Positions 12,313-24,870 of a stretch of DNA of 64,000 nucleotides are shown piece after piece. The position numbers and the translations under genes are program-made. Origin of the DNA: Gracilinanus agilis (taxonomy: Eukaryota); contig NC_058133.1 of assembly GCF_016433145.1 (NCBI RefSeq), positions 485,857,547 through 485,921,546 on the forward strand. Direction: 5' to 3'. Under the pieces are notes generated by a model. The model saw nothing but the letters and a program-made list of their open reading frames with translations, did not search any database and was not told where the DNA came from. Position 1 is the stretch's first letter. The number at the start of each line of letters is the position of its first letter.

Positions 12313-15300
12313 CCATCTCTTCCTGTACTATATACACTGTCTAGCCAAGCAACACATGAAGCTGTTCATCTCCTTTGCAGGATGTTGGTCTTTGATCCAG
12401 TAAGTAATGTTGGATTGCTGGGGGGTTTAAATAATATTTTAATTTTTTTTCCTTTTAAAAGACTCATCCTGGTTTGGCCAAGATGGCAGTTGTGGATTAT
12501 CCTTTTTTAAGCATCTGTTTCCAGCCCAGCAGGTATTTTGCCCACTGACCATACCAACACTGGGTCTTTCACAATGGTGCTGGTCTTTTACCAGTTCAGT
12601 TCCAGGGACTAAAGTAAAAAGTTAGGCACCGCATTACCTCTTGTCCCTCTCAGAAACCAAAACAAAATGTCTGACACCATCTTAGGTTTAATTAGAGACC
12701 TAAGAAAGGTCATTTGAAAAGACTCACCATCGTGTTGCATATCAGCGTTGTTTATCAGTTTGATGCTAGGAGAGCGCCTTCCTAAATGCTCTACCATTTC
12801 TAGACTTGTCCTTTATTTTAAATATATAAGCAAAACTTGTAATTTGTCATTTACTGGGTTGGCTTCTTAAATGCTGAAAAAATGTTTCTGAGGCCCCTCT
12901 TCCCCGTTATATCCTCTGAACTATAAAAACGGATGCATTTCTTCCCTTGCTAAGAGTGTTGTTATATTTAATATTGTGGCTTTTTCAGCCTCAAAGTAGC
13001 ATAAAGCCAAGGGCATACACTTAGCTTCTACAAAATGCCTCCATTGCTTTGAAGCAGCCAAGAAGGGCCTTCAAAATGAACATCAAAAACGTTCTGTCGA
13101 CGTGGAATCTAGAGACCCCAAACTTGTGGCTTAGTGAGATCTGATGAACCCCAAGTTTTAGAAATAGCTTGTACTTTGGAGACCCCCAAAGCTTGTGCTT
13201 GTTCCCTGTTCCCTTGAGAATCCACCCTGAAGGGAATCTCAGGCTAGCAGTTGCAGACTGAATAATGGACCCCAGGGTAAAAGCTAAGTGATTCTTTTGC
13301 CTTAGAAGCTTCTCCCATAGTACCACATTCCCCTTCAAGGGATCAAACTCGGGACCTTCAGCTTACATGACTGACAGGCTTCTGACTGCGCCAAAGAGTC
13401 ACTTAGCTTTTACCCTGGGGTCCATTATTCAGTCTGCAACTGCTAGCCTGAGATTCCCTTCAGGGTGGATTCTCACGGGAACAGGGAACAAGCACAAGCT
13501 TTGGGGTCTCCAACCTACAAGCTATTTCTAAAAGTTGGGGTTCATCAGCTCTCACTAATCCACAAGTTTGGGGTCTTTAGATTCCACGTCGACAGTTCCT
13601 TAGAAAGCCTTCTCCCACCCCCTGGTGCCATACTTGGGATACGTTGGGAGTGGTGGCCCAATATTGAAAATGAAAGGATTCCATTTAGTCAAATGCATTG
13701 TCATTTTTGGCAACGACATCCATGAGAGATAAGATTTTTCCTATCCTGAGAATATAAATTCAAGGAGGTACCATGTGGGCAGCTGGGTAGCTCAGTGGAT
13801 TGAGAGTCAGGTCTAGAGATGGGAGGTCCTAGGTTCAAATCTGGCTTCAGACACTTTCCAGCTGTGTGACCCTGGGCAAGTCACTGGACCCCCATTGTCC
13901 ACTCTTACCGCTCTTCCACCTAGGAGCCAATACACAGAAATTAAGGGTTTAAAAAAAAAGAAAGTACCATGGCAGCAAGGGAGGCGAGCCCTGCTTCTCT
14001 TCCTTCCAAGTCAGGGGCTCCCCCTAGTGGTGTGCCTTGCACGTGTCCATTCAGATTTTGCCTCTTACCTGACGTCGATCATTCAGTGAGAGAAGACAGT
14101 CGTGTGTGCAGAGCAGACGCTGACCCTCGCGCCCTTCTCTCCCATTTTCAGTCCAAAAGAATATCTGCTAAGGACGCCTTAGCCCACCCCTACCTGGATG
14201 AAGGGCGGCTGCGATACCACACCTGTATGTGTAAATGTTGTTTTTCCACCTCCACTGGAAGAGTTTATACCAGTGACTTTGAACCCGTCACCAACCCCAA
14301 ATTTGATGACACTTTTGAGAAGAATCTCAGTTCTGTTCGACAGGTAAAAGGTGAGTCGTGAGGTGCACGTTCCATTCTGTAGCCCAGTGCGAGGGCCGGG
14401 CCCCAAGCAGAGCAGCGCTTTGTGCCACAACGCTATAAAGGTTAACTGGGCACCTCCAGGGCAGGGAAACGGGCTAAAAAACGTTGGAGGCGGCACTCAT
14501 TTTCTAGCATGACTTCCTGTGGCAGTGGCTCAAGTCATCCTAGTGAAATCTGGGCCCGCTCAATTGAACTGAATAGACAAATCTTATTGAATACTCTTAG
14601 CATGAAAAGCACAGACAATAAAAAATATATATACTCATGTGATTAGGAAAGGAGAGAGGAGAAATTTCTAATATAAATCCTCCATGTAATTCCCTAACCT
14701 GGGGAGAGAGGTAAGTCGGCCACCAGAATACTGATCTCCTTGTTGCTAAAAGGGGCAGCCCTTAAGATGACTGGATTCTGGGAGCAGCTGGGTGGCTCAG
14801 AGGATTGAGAGCCAGGCCTAGAGACAGGAGGTCCTAGGTTCAAATATGACCTCAGACACTTCCCAGCTGTGTGACCCTGGGCAAGTCACTTGACCCCCAT
14901 TGCCTACCCTTACTGCTCTTCTGCCTTGGAGCCAATACACAGTATTGATTATAAGATGGAAGATAAGGGCTTAAAAAAAAAAAACTGGATTCCAAGCCAT
15001 GTAGATTAAAAACGTGAAGTTATACTTGGAACAGTTCGATATCCAGCCGAGATGAAGAAATCTGGATATGTCAGGGAATCAGCTAGTAATTTAGATTTGG
15101 CCTGACGCACCATGCCAGCTGGATCTTTAAAGTGATATTCAGAGCCACAGGAAGAGTTTACCCACAAGGCATCTCCTTGCAGCGTCCTCCCAAGTTTGGA
15201 GACAGCTCACCTCCCTTCCGTGCCAGTGTTCTCAGTCACTGCGGTGCTTATCAGATGGGCCCCAGAGAAGCAGCAGGATTCTCCCTCTTAGATGACTGGC

Positions 15301-16911
15301 AATTCTCACTGAAGCTGTACGAAGCATGGCTTCGGCTTTGGCTTGGCTGCAGCCAAGAATCCCAAGCTTCTGTGAACTGGCAGAGATTATGTGATCTGTG
15401 TTTGCTCCACAGAAATTATTCATCAGTTCATTTTGGAACAGCAGAAAGGAAACCGAGTGCCTCTCTGCATCAACCCTCAGTCTGCTGCTTTTAAGAGCTT
15501 CATTAGGTATGTGGGCCTCGTTTCTTTTATTCCTAGTGATAGCTGGGCCTTTAGTTGGAATTAAAGATGCTTTTGTGATGCAAAGTTATCTTAGCTACCT
15601 CTCACTTAATTTGGATCAAGGGTAAGAATGTTTTTTTGAATGAGTAACCAAAACATTTATTAAAAACTTTGCATTTAACCAAAATTTTAGTTCTCACTGC
15701 TATCTTCACACTTAGCTTCAGCTCAGAATTAGATAACTGCACTGTATAGTTCTCCAAGATGGAAAGTGAGCTCCATACACTGCGTGTCACAGAAGCCTTA
15801 GTGCAGTTTGACGCTGTTAAAGGCTGGAAACACATGATGTCTCCATACTTCGCTTTGCTAACGATAGGTCAAAGAAAACTTTCCCCCCACTGCTAAAATA
15901 GCAGTTCTATTCAAATAACATTTTGAAGCCCAGCCCAAAGCCCACAAGAATTCACTGAGCAAAGTATGGTTCTAAAGTCTCTCTTCTCTCTCTAGCTCTC
16001 CTCTTCCTATCTCTGGGTCTCTGATAAATGTATCTGCTTCTCCTGTTTCCTCTACTTATCTCTTCCCACCATCCAAGTGAATTCACTGAGCAAAGTAGAT
16101 GGCAAGAATAAGCTTAGCTCCAAGGGTCTCTCTTCTCTCCGATAAATTCATCTCATTTCCTCTACTTACCTCTTCACATCATCCTCTTTTAACTGGGCCC
16201 AAAATATATCCATTATATTTATTGAGTAAACATTTTATTTTCAACCCCATAAATTTTTAAATGTCTTTTTAGACCAAAAAAAAATCCAAAGCGAAGTTAT
16301 TTTTACTTCCAGATCTTTGAACAAGGTTCTGTGAGAGAAACTAAATCTAAGACTCCATCTCTGGTTTTAAGGAGGTAACAGAATACACACAAAAAATACC
16401 AGTTCAGGGCAGGAGACAAGCAAGTTACACATAGAATAAATAATTGGCTCTCTTGCTCATCTGGCCTTTGGAAAAAGAAACCTGCCCACGCTTTCACCTT
16501 GGGTTAGGCTGATCAAGCCAGGAAACATTTCAAAGCCTGACATATAAATTGTGAAGATCAGGTTTTAAATTTACCTTTTCTGAATCTTAGAAGGCTACAT
16601 CTTCTGTGCCCAACCCCCGACCACCCCAATTAGTTTTAGATTCTTGAAATGCACCTTTCTGATAAATATAACTTTAAAGATGACCACAAGAACAGCAAAG
16701 AAATTGAAAACCAGAACGGTGTCTTGCGTTTTTGTTGTTTTTAAGGAAGAGGGTAAAAGAAGGGCCTGGAAAGGGAGGGAAGAAGAAAATATTTCCAGAT
16801 TGGCAGTGCTGATTTTTGCTCGGCTGATCGTGTCCCCTTTGTTTTGCTTTATTTAGTTCCACTGTTGCCCAGCCATCTGAGATGCCGCCATCTCCACTGG
16901 TCTGGGAGTGA
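12313..16911 (+). CDS. NLK: Nemo-like kinase, C-terminal coding exons (5' exons lie upstream of the window)
   Basis: Exons 12313-12399 (PSLPVLYTLSSQATHEAVHLLCRMLVFDP), 14152-14350 (SKRISAKDALAHPY...SSVRQVK), 15413-15506 (EIIHQF...KSFI), 16857-16911 (SSTVAQPSEMPPSPLVWE*). All AG/GT; 435 nt in frame. Confidence 0.98.
13094..13595. repeat. Long inverted repeat (arms 13094-13300 and 13390-13595, 89-bp spacer)
   Basis: Manual alignment of the left arm with the reverse complement of the right arm gives ~10 differences in ~207 bp. Confidence 0.97.
13328..13400 (-). pseudogene. tRNA pseudogene derived from elongator tRNA-Met
   Basis: GACTCTTTGGCGCAGTCAGAAGCCTGTCAGTCATGTAAGCTGAAGGTCCCGAGTTTGATCCCTTGAAGGGGAA aligns ungapped at ~52/73 nt to vertebrate tRNA-Met(CAT) as recalled. 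TTC->TTT in the T-loop, broken acceptor and T stems, no T-run terminator. Confidence 0.75.
13776..13960 (+). mobile_element. Opossum-type SINE (short-tail variant)
   Basis: SINE head and B-box; TSD gtaccatg. Confidence 0.9.
14779..14983 (+). mobile_element. Opossum-type SINE (long-tail variant)
   Basis: SINE head and tail; TSD actggattc. Confidence 0.9.
15830..16210. mobile_element. Probable decayed ERV LTR with internal tandem duplication
   Basis: CT-rich LTR-like composition ending in ttttaactggg; gaattcactgagcaaagta occurs twice ~131 bp apart. Confidence 0.35.
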
Positions 16912-16955
16912 CCGGGGAAGATACTTACTGTACTACTGAAGATGTAGCTTTCCAC

Positions 16956-17135
16956 NNNNNNNNNNNNNNNNNNNNNNNNNNNNNNNNNNNNNNNNNNNNN
17001 NNNNNNNNNNNNNNNNNNNNNNNNNNNNNNNNNNNNNNNNNNNNNNNNNNNNNNNNNNNNNNNNNNNNNNNNNNNNNNNNNNNNNNNNNNNNNNNNNNNN
17101 NNNNNNNNNNNNNNNNNNNNNNNNNNNNNNNNNNN
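16956..17135. other. Assembly gap (180 N)
   Basis: Direct reading. Confidence 1.
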
Positions 17136-18216
17136 CATGTTTTATGAATTCTAGTGCAGCTGTTATGGCTCACCTCAGAACAAATCAAGAATTGAACCAA
17201 ATTTGGGACAGTTGTTTTGGTTCTGTGTTGTTTTTGTTTTTATTTTTATTTTTTTAATTGAAGTGAGATTGTACACACAAAAAGGACAGTCATACATTTT
17301 TATATTTGAGCCATTCCTGAAGATTGGGGGTTTTCTAAAACTAAGAAATACAGTGAACCTGACTGCGACCAATCATGAAGCCACATCAACTGGCACCTGA
17401 CTGTGGCTACACCAGTTTGGGAAGGGAGGGTTAGGGAGGGGGAGGGGCATGCCACCTGATGATCAAAATCCTATAAATAGCTTCTCCTTAGAGCTGTGAT
17501 GGTGACGTGTGCTGTTCTCAAATCAACTGTTGTGGGTAGAGAAGAATGAGTTTGTGACTAGGCAAGACTAAACTTCTGTTTTCCTTACCCAGTATATATA
17601 TATAAATATATATATAATATAAATATATATATATATTTAATCTATTTTTATTAGAAGTTTTTCTGCTCTTTCTTACATAAAAGACCCCCCCCAAGCATGC
17701 ATCTTTCATGTATGTAAATAATTCCATTTCTGGGTTAATTTCAAAAGTACCCCCAACATTGCTGTATAGCGATAAACTAGCTTGCACATTTTAGGTCTGT
17801 GAAATTTTGTGAGACTTTTCCTGCACTGGACAGTTTAAAAAAAAATTTAAAAAGACAAAAACATTAAAAATTTTTTTTAAATGCCACAAAAAAAACACAA
17901 CAGCCCATAGGGAATTCTGTTGATTGTGTTTGTGTCCTTAGGCAAAGCTGTGGGAGTCTTGAAATGTCCCAGTAGTCAATAACTTATTCCTTTTTTTCTG
18001 TTGGAACACTGAATTCTTCTGTGCATATGTATATATGAACACAAACTGAAGGCCTCTACCTCCTGGAGTCATACAACTTGGCTTGTTGACCTCCACATGC
18101 TGATGATGATGATGATGATGATTATTTTTTTTAAGTTCAGTGTGGAGACTTGAAACTTGAATGTCCCTTCCAACTTTTATATTTAAAAAAAAAAAAATAA
18201 AACAAGACAAGAACAT

Positions 18217-18365
18217 NNNNNNNNNNNNNNNNNNNNNNNNNNNNNNNNNNNNNNNNNNNNNNNNNNNNNNNNNNNNNNNNNNNNNNNNNNNNNNNNNNNN
18301 NNNNNNNNNNNNNNNNNNNNNNNNNNNNNNNNNNNNNNNNNNNNNNNNNNNNNNNNNNNNNNNNN
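18217..18365. other. Assembly gap (149 N)
   Basis: Direct reading. Confidence 1.
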
Positions 18366-19300
18366 TCTAAGCTGAATCTGGAAGCTATTAGTAAGTTATG
18401 TTTGGAAGTTTTAACTTCAATGAAGTAATTAATTAATCGCTGTGAAAGAGACAAACATTGAACTACTAAACAAAGATGGTGCGATATCTTTGTTTTTTTA
18501 TGAGGCTCCTGAGAATCAACCCAACTGAAGCATTTCAATTCACTTGAATGAGAAACGTATTTAGTTACCAAAAGAGCCCAAGAAGACACTGTTATGAAAG
18601 GTACAATCTCAGAGGTTGGTCAGTTAACGTGGCACACTTGCTGGTCACTTTGTACAATGTAGACTTGAAGTACGGTGGTGAAAACATTAAATGTGACGTG
18701 TGAAAAAGCAGGGGCCCAGTTTGATTTACTTCCCATTCCTCCCTTTCCTTCCAGTTAGGGTTACAGTCTAACTTCAGAGCATTTGGAGACATTCTTCCTT
18801 GGATCACACAACTTTTTCGTGTCAAACTAACCAGACAGTGCCGTAGGGACTCATACAGTGTTGAGGCTAGAGGCTTATCGAAGCTTGTCTAAACTTTTAG
18901 GGAGGAGGAAGCTGAGGCTCAGCAAGCTGACTTGCCCCAAGTCCCATAGCTCCTTAGTGGCACAGCAGCATTCCCCAGCCTGGAGCTCAGGTTCCCTCCT
19001 CAGCCCCAGGCAAGTACAGTATTCTTCCCTTTACACTAGTCAGAGATGGGCAAAGTCAGTCAGACAAAATCATTCGGTTTTTCTTCTGGTTTCTGATAAA
19101 ATATAAAGATGAGTGTTAGCATTTCCCTCAGGTCAAACTTGCCAGACATCTCCTTTGTGCACAACACTCCTTTTTCATGCCCCCAAAAACCAAAGCTTCA
19201 GCAAAGTCAGTTTTGGACAAAAATTTAGAAGAGATATCTGAGAAAAATATATGTGACACCTGGAACCTAAAACTCATCCTCACTAACTCTTATTCAGTCA

Positions 19301-19308
19301 GACACACA

Positions 19309-19368
<60 letters not shown>
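19301..19368. repeat. (CA)n microsatellite
   Basis: Direct reading. Confidence 0.98.
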
Positions 19369-19370
<2 letters not shown>

Positions 19371-20989
19371 GGCTGGTCATAAACAATTCCAGGTGGACCG
19401 ATCTGCTTATCATACTAAAGGTTCTGGTACCTTATCATTGTTTAAATCAAGAGCCTGAGTGAATGAACAGGTTAGATAAAGAACCCAACAGGATTCGAGG
19501 GAACTACTTGGAGCCAGTGAGCAGTGAAGTCTTTGCTAGTCTAACCTGAACGATTTTTTTTTTTAATTCTAGAAAGACATAAAATCATTGGTATTTATTA
19601 ACCTCTCATTGCTATACAAGTTGTGATCCACTTTTTAGATTAGGAAACACTCAAATGGCTTGCCTATCATCATATATAGTATTGAAGCTGGAATTGAACC
19701 CCTAAACCAGTTCCTTAGAAGCCCCCACTTGAGTACCCTTTATTTAGCACCACAGTCCTTTCTTGAAGATAAAAATCCTAATTGCTGAGGATCTCTTCTG
19801 GTTCTAAAGCCTTCTCCCACTTAATTGTAAGGGCTAACAAAAATTCTTGGGAGCATGTGTTTGCATGTGAGTGTTGGCTCTAGGTGCATTAAACTCCCAT
19901 GGACCTGGTTTTTTGCTAAAGGGTAGATTCTTTCTTCTTCAATTACTAGTATCTCAAATGAGGGAACTGGCTGCCGTCCTCCATAAGATGGTAACTACAC
20001 CCCTCCAGACCCTCAAGTACACTTCCCTTTGGCCATCTTTCTGCCATGCGGTGCTCAGTACCCTCCCAGGAGGAGCTGTGCCACTTGGCTTTGGAGTCTG
20101 TGCCCTGATGCCATGTCCTGGTTGCCAAGACACCCCTCCCTACCGATATATCTAGTCTGCCAACCTGAGTATACTTCATCCCAGCCACCCCCTTCTTGCT
20201 CTGGGAATGGCACTTATGTCAACATTCCCATTGCTTCCAGATAGGACATATCAATCAACTGTGCTTTACTCACCATCCCAGACTATAATAAAACTCCTTT
20301 CCTAGGCACAATTCCCCTCCCTGTATTATCCCCTCTTAAAATTTAAAAGAGCTCCTGGAAGACAAACTTAACACAATGATAATCACTTAACAAGTGCTTA
20401 ATAAGTGATGTTTTGTTTAATTCTTTCATAGCACTCGTTACCCTTACTCTTTTGGGCAAAATGTTTGCCTGGAACTACAAAAACAAAATCATTCTTGCTT
20501 TCAAGAAGCTTTCATCCTATGAGAGATACGTATTCATGGATAAATAAGGGAGATGCCCAAATAAGTTCACTGTGGTTTGGTCTGGGAGGAGGTGACTAAT
20601 AAGGAAGGGCAATCAAGAGAGGCCAAGAGTCAGGTGTAAAGTCATGGAGGCAGGAGATGGTATGTCATGTGCAAGGGCCAACTAGTAGATCAGTTTTGAT
20701 GGAGACAGAGTGGAAGTAATCCTATAAAGACAAGCTAGTACCAGATAGCATTTTAAGTGCAAGTTTGGGTTTTATTCTAGAGATAACGGGGATCTTTTTG
20801 AGCAGGGGAGTGAGATCATCAAACCTTGGGGCTTTGGGGGCCAGCCTTCTAATTTAATTGGTCTAGGAAATTCCCAATGAGAAAACACTTTCTACCAATG
20901 TAAATCTGCAGATCAGCATCTGCTCTGAGTACCCAGGATTACACAGGATTCATCAAGAGTGTAATGCCTGCTCTTCACAACAAATGTTT

Positions 20990-21135
20990 TTAAACCCTCC
21001 CCCCTTTGGTCTTAGAATGAATACCAAGCTCCAAGGCAGAAGAGCAATATGGGCTAGGTAATTGGGGTTCAGTGACTTGTCCAGGGTCACATGACTAAGA
21101 AGTGTCTGAGGCCAGAGTTGAACCTAGGGTGTGTG
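20990..21135 (-). mobile_element. Opossum-type SINE, 5'-truncated
   Basis: Reverse complement of the SINE body and tail. Confidence 0.75.
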
Positions 21136-21149
21136 TGTACATATGTATC

Positions 21150-21830
21150 CAGAGACATGCGACCTCCCAGGATAGTAGCTGTGGGGCAGATGGACTAAAG
21201 ACAAAAGACACTGGATTCAGGATGACTTATGGTGACCTCCTGAACCAGAGTAGTTATGGTATGAGGAAAAGAGAAGGGGATAGATGTGAGAAATTATGGA
21301 GGAAAGATTTTAAAAAGAAATCTTGGCAACTCATTAGATATGGGAGTTGGAGGGCAGAGAGAATAAGAAGTCTAGGACTTTAGAAATGAAATTGTTACTT
21401 GAAAAAGTTGCCAAAATATTTTCTTAAAACAAGTTCATGACCTCCAGGTTAAGAACTCCTGATTTGGGGGACTTCTAAGTTGTGAACTCAGGTAGCTTAG
21501 AAGAATGGTAGTACCTTTTACAGAAAAAGAAGCGTCAGAAGAGGAGTCAGTTTGGGGGAAAGATCATGAGTTAGGTTTGAATATGTTGTGTTTGAGATGC
21601 CTGTAAGCTATCCAGAAGGAGCTATCCAACAGACAATTAGAAACACAAAATTCCTCTGCAGAAAAAGACAGTTGAACCTATGGGAATTAATGTCTAAAGG
21701 GAAGAGGAGTGCCCTGGAGTATACCTACACATAGGGAGCAGAACACAGTGATTCTGCTGCAAAGAAGGCTAAGAAGAATTCTAAGAAAACTATGACAGCA
21801 GTGCCACAAAAACCCAAAGGGGAGAGAATA
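21150..21830 (-). mobile_element. LINE-2 fragment
   Basis: L2-like purine-rich sequence such as gtttgggggaaagatcatgagtt...tttgagatgcct. Confidence 0.55.
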
Positions 21831-23111
21831 GCTTCCCCTCTATTATTCTGGCCCTTGGTGGTAGCGTCCTTCCCCAAAGGACACCAAGCTTGGCCTGATG
21901 ACTGTAGAAAAGTATGTGGCTCCTCTGGCCCCTTATCCTGTCTTCCTAATTAACAAACTGGAGATGAGGTAAATTCATCCTTTCTTCAAGCCAAAAAATG
22001 GCTTACCAACATGCACATTTTTCATTAATACCATATTCTCTTTGACAGCAGAATCATATGCCTTAGAGGTCCACTAGCTAAGTCACCCACTGGTAGTAAA
22101 TGGCAAACCAAATCTAGGTCTTCTGATTCCTGCACCATGCAGCCCTCAAGCCTTGCTCTTGACCTTAGACAAGCAAAGAAAGGTGAGGGAGTAGTAGATG
22201 CTTCCAGCATAGCACCGGTTCCCACCCTTTCCAAACACTGTGTCTACTATGAGCAAAGCAATAAGCTAAGAACTGGAGAAGATGCTGCTGGGATAAATAA
22301 GACTTGGCCTGTCATCTCAATAAACAGTGCTATATGTTGAGTTTTTGTCTCCATTTTAAAGTTTTACTTAAATGTTTGCTAGTCCAAAGGCTAGAGTTCA
22401 AAATCATGAGATTAGGTTGACCAGATGCCTAGAAAGTCAACAGTAAGAAAACAATTTCCTTTCATCTCTAAAAAACAAACAGATCCAAGAATATTATTGA
22501 CTAAACAAGCACACAGCTCTACCGGCTGTATTTGAGGCTGACAGAAGCTTGCTTTTCGTTAATAATTGAATAATGTTCAGATTCAGAGGTGTGAAACCAC
22601 CGGCTGGCTTTAGAGCAGCAGTACCTTTCCCAATCTTATCAGCCACTTAAAATTTTCCACTAGTAACAAAATATCTTGAAATGTGATAAATGGTATCTGC
22701 ATTTCTCCTTTGATAACTACTTTTAAACCTTGCAGATCTAGATTCCCTTTTAGACCCACATCTGCCTCTTAACTCCTATGTAACCTTGGGCAAATCAAGG
22801 TCTGTTTCATGCTATTTCACCATCTGCAAACTAGGGGATTGATGGAGTAAAACTATTCATTATCTTTAAGTTCTCCAAGCTCTAAAACCTCCTGTGACTG
22901 CCTCCTTCAGTATCATTTTGGGATAAGTACAAGGGAAATGACACAACTAGGCTTCAGGAGACCTGGGTTCTAATCCCAGCTCTATAAATCTGGCTCTGCT
23001 GGCTGGAAAAAAGTCCTTCTGAATCTCCATCTCTTTTGCAAAATGAAATGTGACTCTGGGCAGGTATACTTTATTCAAAAGAGAATGGCTTCAGTAAAGA
23101 AAGGTAGCATA

Positions 23112-23294
23112 GGGCAGCTGGGTAGCTCAGTGGAGTGAGAGTCAGGCCTAGAGACAGGAGGTCCTAGGTTCAAACCCGGCCTCAGCCACTTCCCAGCTGT
23201 GTGACCCTGGGCAAGTCACTTGACCCCCATTGCCCACCCTTACCAATCTTCCACCTATGAGATAATACACCGAAATACAAGGGTTTAAAAAAAA
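23112..23294 (+). mobile_element. Opossum-type SINE (short-tail variant)
   Basis: 16-bp TSD aagaaaggtagcatag. Confidence 0.92.
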
Positions 23295-24659
23295 AAGAAA
23301 GGTAGCATAGATTATGAAAATGTGAGGAAATGGATTTGTCAATGAAGGTGAATGAAGGCCATAAGGGATGCAATTTTGTCATGATAGTATACCACAGACC
23401 ACCTAAACAGAAGGAATAAATAGATCAGTCAGGGAAACAGCTCTCAAGCCTAGCTAGTCATTGGAGACTTCAGTTATCTAGACACTAGATGCTTGTTCCT
23501 AGAGCTCTCTGCCAAAAGGAGTATATGTAATAATGTTTTTTACCCTAGTGTTAAGTTCATCTCTCAAAAGCTGAAGGAACCAACAAGATCAAAAAAGAGC
23601 AACTGAGTCTAGAGCCAGAGGATGTGGGTTCAAATCCCATCTATTATCTGTGGGAACATAGGTAATCACTTAAACTTCTTTTGGTCCTTATATTCTTCAT
23701 CTATAAAATGAAGGGGTTGGAACAAAAGGTCTCTCTATAGTCCTTAACAGCTCTAAATCTAAATCCACCTTATGAAACTATTAGAAAGGAGTAATTGGTA
23801 CCTTAAAAGCCCATCACTACTCCCTCACTGTCTGAAAGACTGAAAAAAAAAATAAAGCTTATAATCTGAAATAAACCAGTATAGAATTAAAATTAGTACC
23901 ATAATATATACTATTACAATAATGTAAATAAAAATAATATTCCCCCCAAAAAATGGACTCAGTAAATGCAGTGAACAATATTGAATCCAGATACCATAAA
24001 CTATGCCTGGACACACAAAATGCAGCAGGCAGAAAAGGATGTGGGGGCCGGTAGTTGTACTAGTTGCTTTTACTCAGATTTTTTTTAACAAAGATTTTAG
24101 GTAGGAGGGGAGTGGTATGAGGGAAACACTGTAATGAATTTATAAAAGTCATTAGTAAAAATTAATTTTTTTTTCTCCAGGAGACAAGAGATGTGAACCC
24201 CGAAATCTCACCCTGAAAGCATTCAAGCTTTAGACAGATATACAGTCTTACTATTTTTATTTGAGAGCCTTTGTCTCAAATAAATTTGAACTCCTTTCTG
24301 TAGAGCACAGGATAGACAAATAATTCTAAATTGAGGCAAAAATGGAAAACACTAGATGATAAATATAAAGAATTCTGAGAAACTTGCTAACTTTAGGAGC
24401 CTAATTGAGCAAATTACAACCTCTCCAAGCCTCAATTTCCTCAAGTAAAATGAAGGGATTAGATTGGTCTCTCTGGTCCCTGCCAGCTTTCAATCCATTA
24501 TTCTGTTCCTTAGCATGTCATTCACATGTAGGCTTTTTTGGCAAGTCTTCTAACCTCTTTAAACCCAATTTCCAACCTCCATCTCCAGACTGAATTTGAA
24601 CTCTGGTCTTTCTGACTCCAAGATTAATGAGGTATGCACTGTACAACCTAGCTACCCCC

Positions 24660-24870
24660 AAATACTGACTCATTTGATTCTCATAACAACCCTTGGAGGC
24701 AAGTGCTATTATATACAGTACTTCCATTTTACAGATGATTAGCCTGAGGAAAATAGCAGTTAAATGATTTGCCCAGTTAAGAAACTAGGTAAGTGGGCTA
24801 GGCTGGATTTGAATCAAGGTCTTTCTGCCTCCAGATCTAGCACTATATCCACTATGCCTCCTAGCAGCCT
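24660..24870 (-). mobile_element. MIR/CORE-SINE
   Basis: ccattttacagatga...tgatttgccc...ggatttgaatcaagg CORE motifs; one of many MIR-like relics in the window. Confidence 0.7.

Larger units (their letters stand above)
16912..18710 (+). other. NLK: NLK 3' UTR with ATTAAA poly(A) signal at 18686-18691
   Basis: AU-rich sequence after the stop codon; ATTAAA in a context resembling the mammalian NLK 3' end as recalled. Confidence 0.7.

Noticed and set aside
13021-13725. Two ORFs on opposite strands with near-identical peptides (YKLFLK.GVHQ..HKFGV.RFHVD)
   Set aside because: Simple by-product of the inverted repeat; no evidence of coding.
16674-18589. ORFs containing long X runs
   Set aside because: Artefacts of N-gaps.
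19680-19760. B-box-like GGTTCAATTCC on the minus strand
   Set aside because: No A-box or cloverleaf; probably a decayed SINE.
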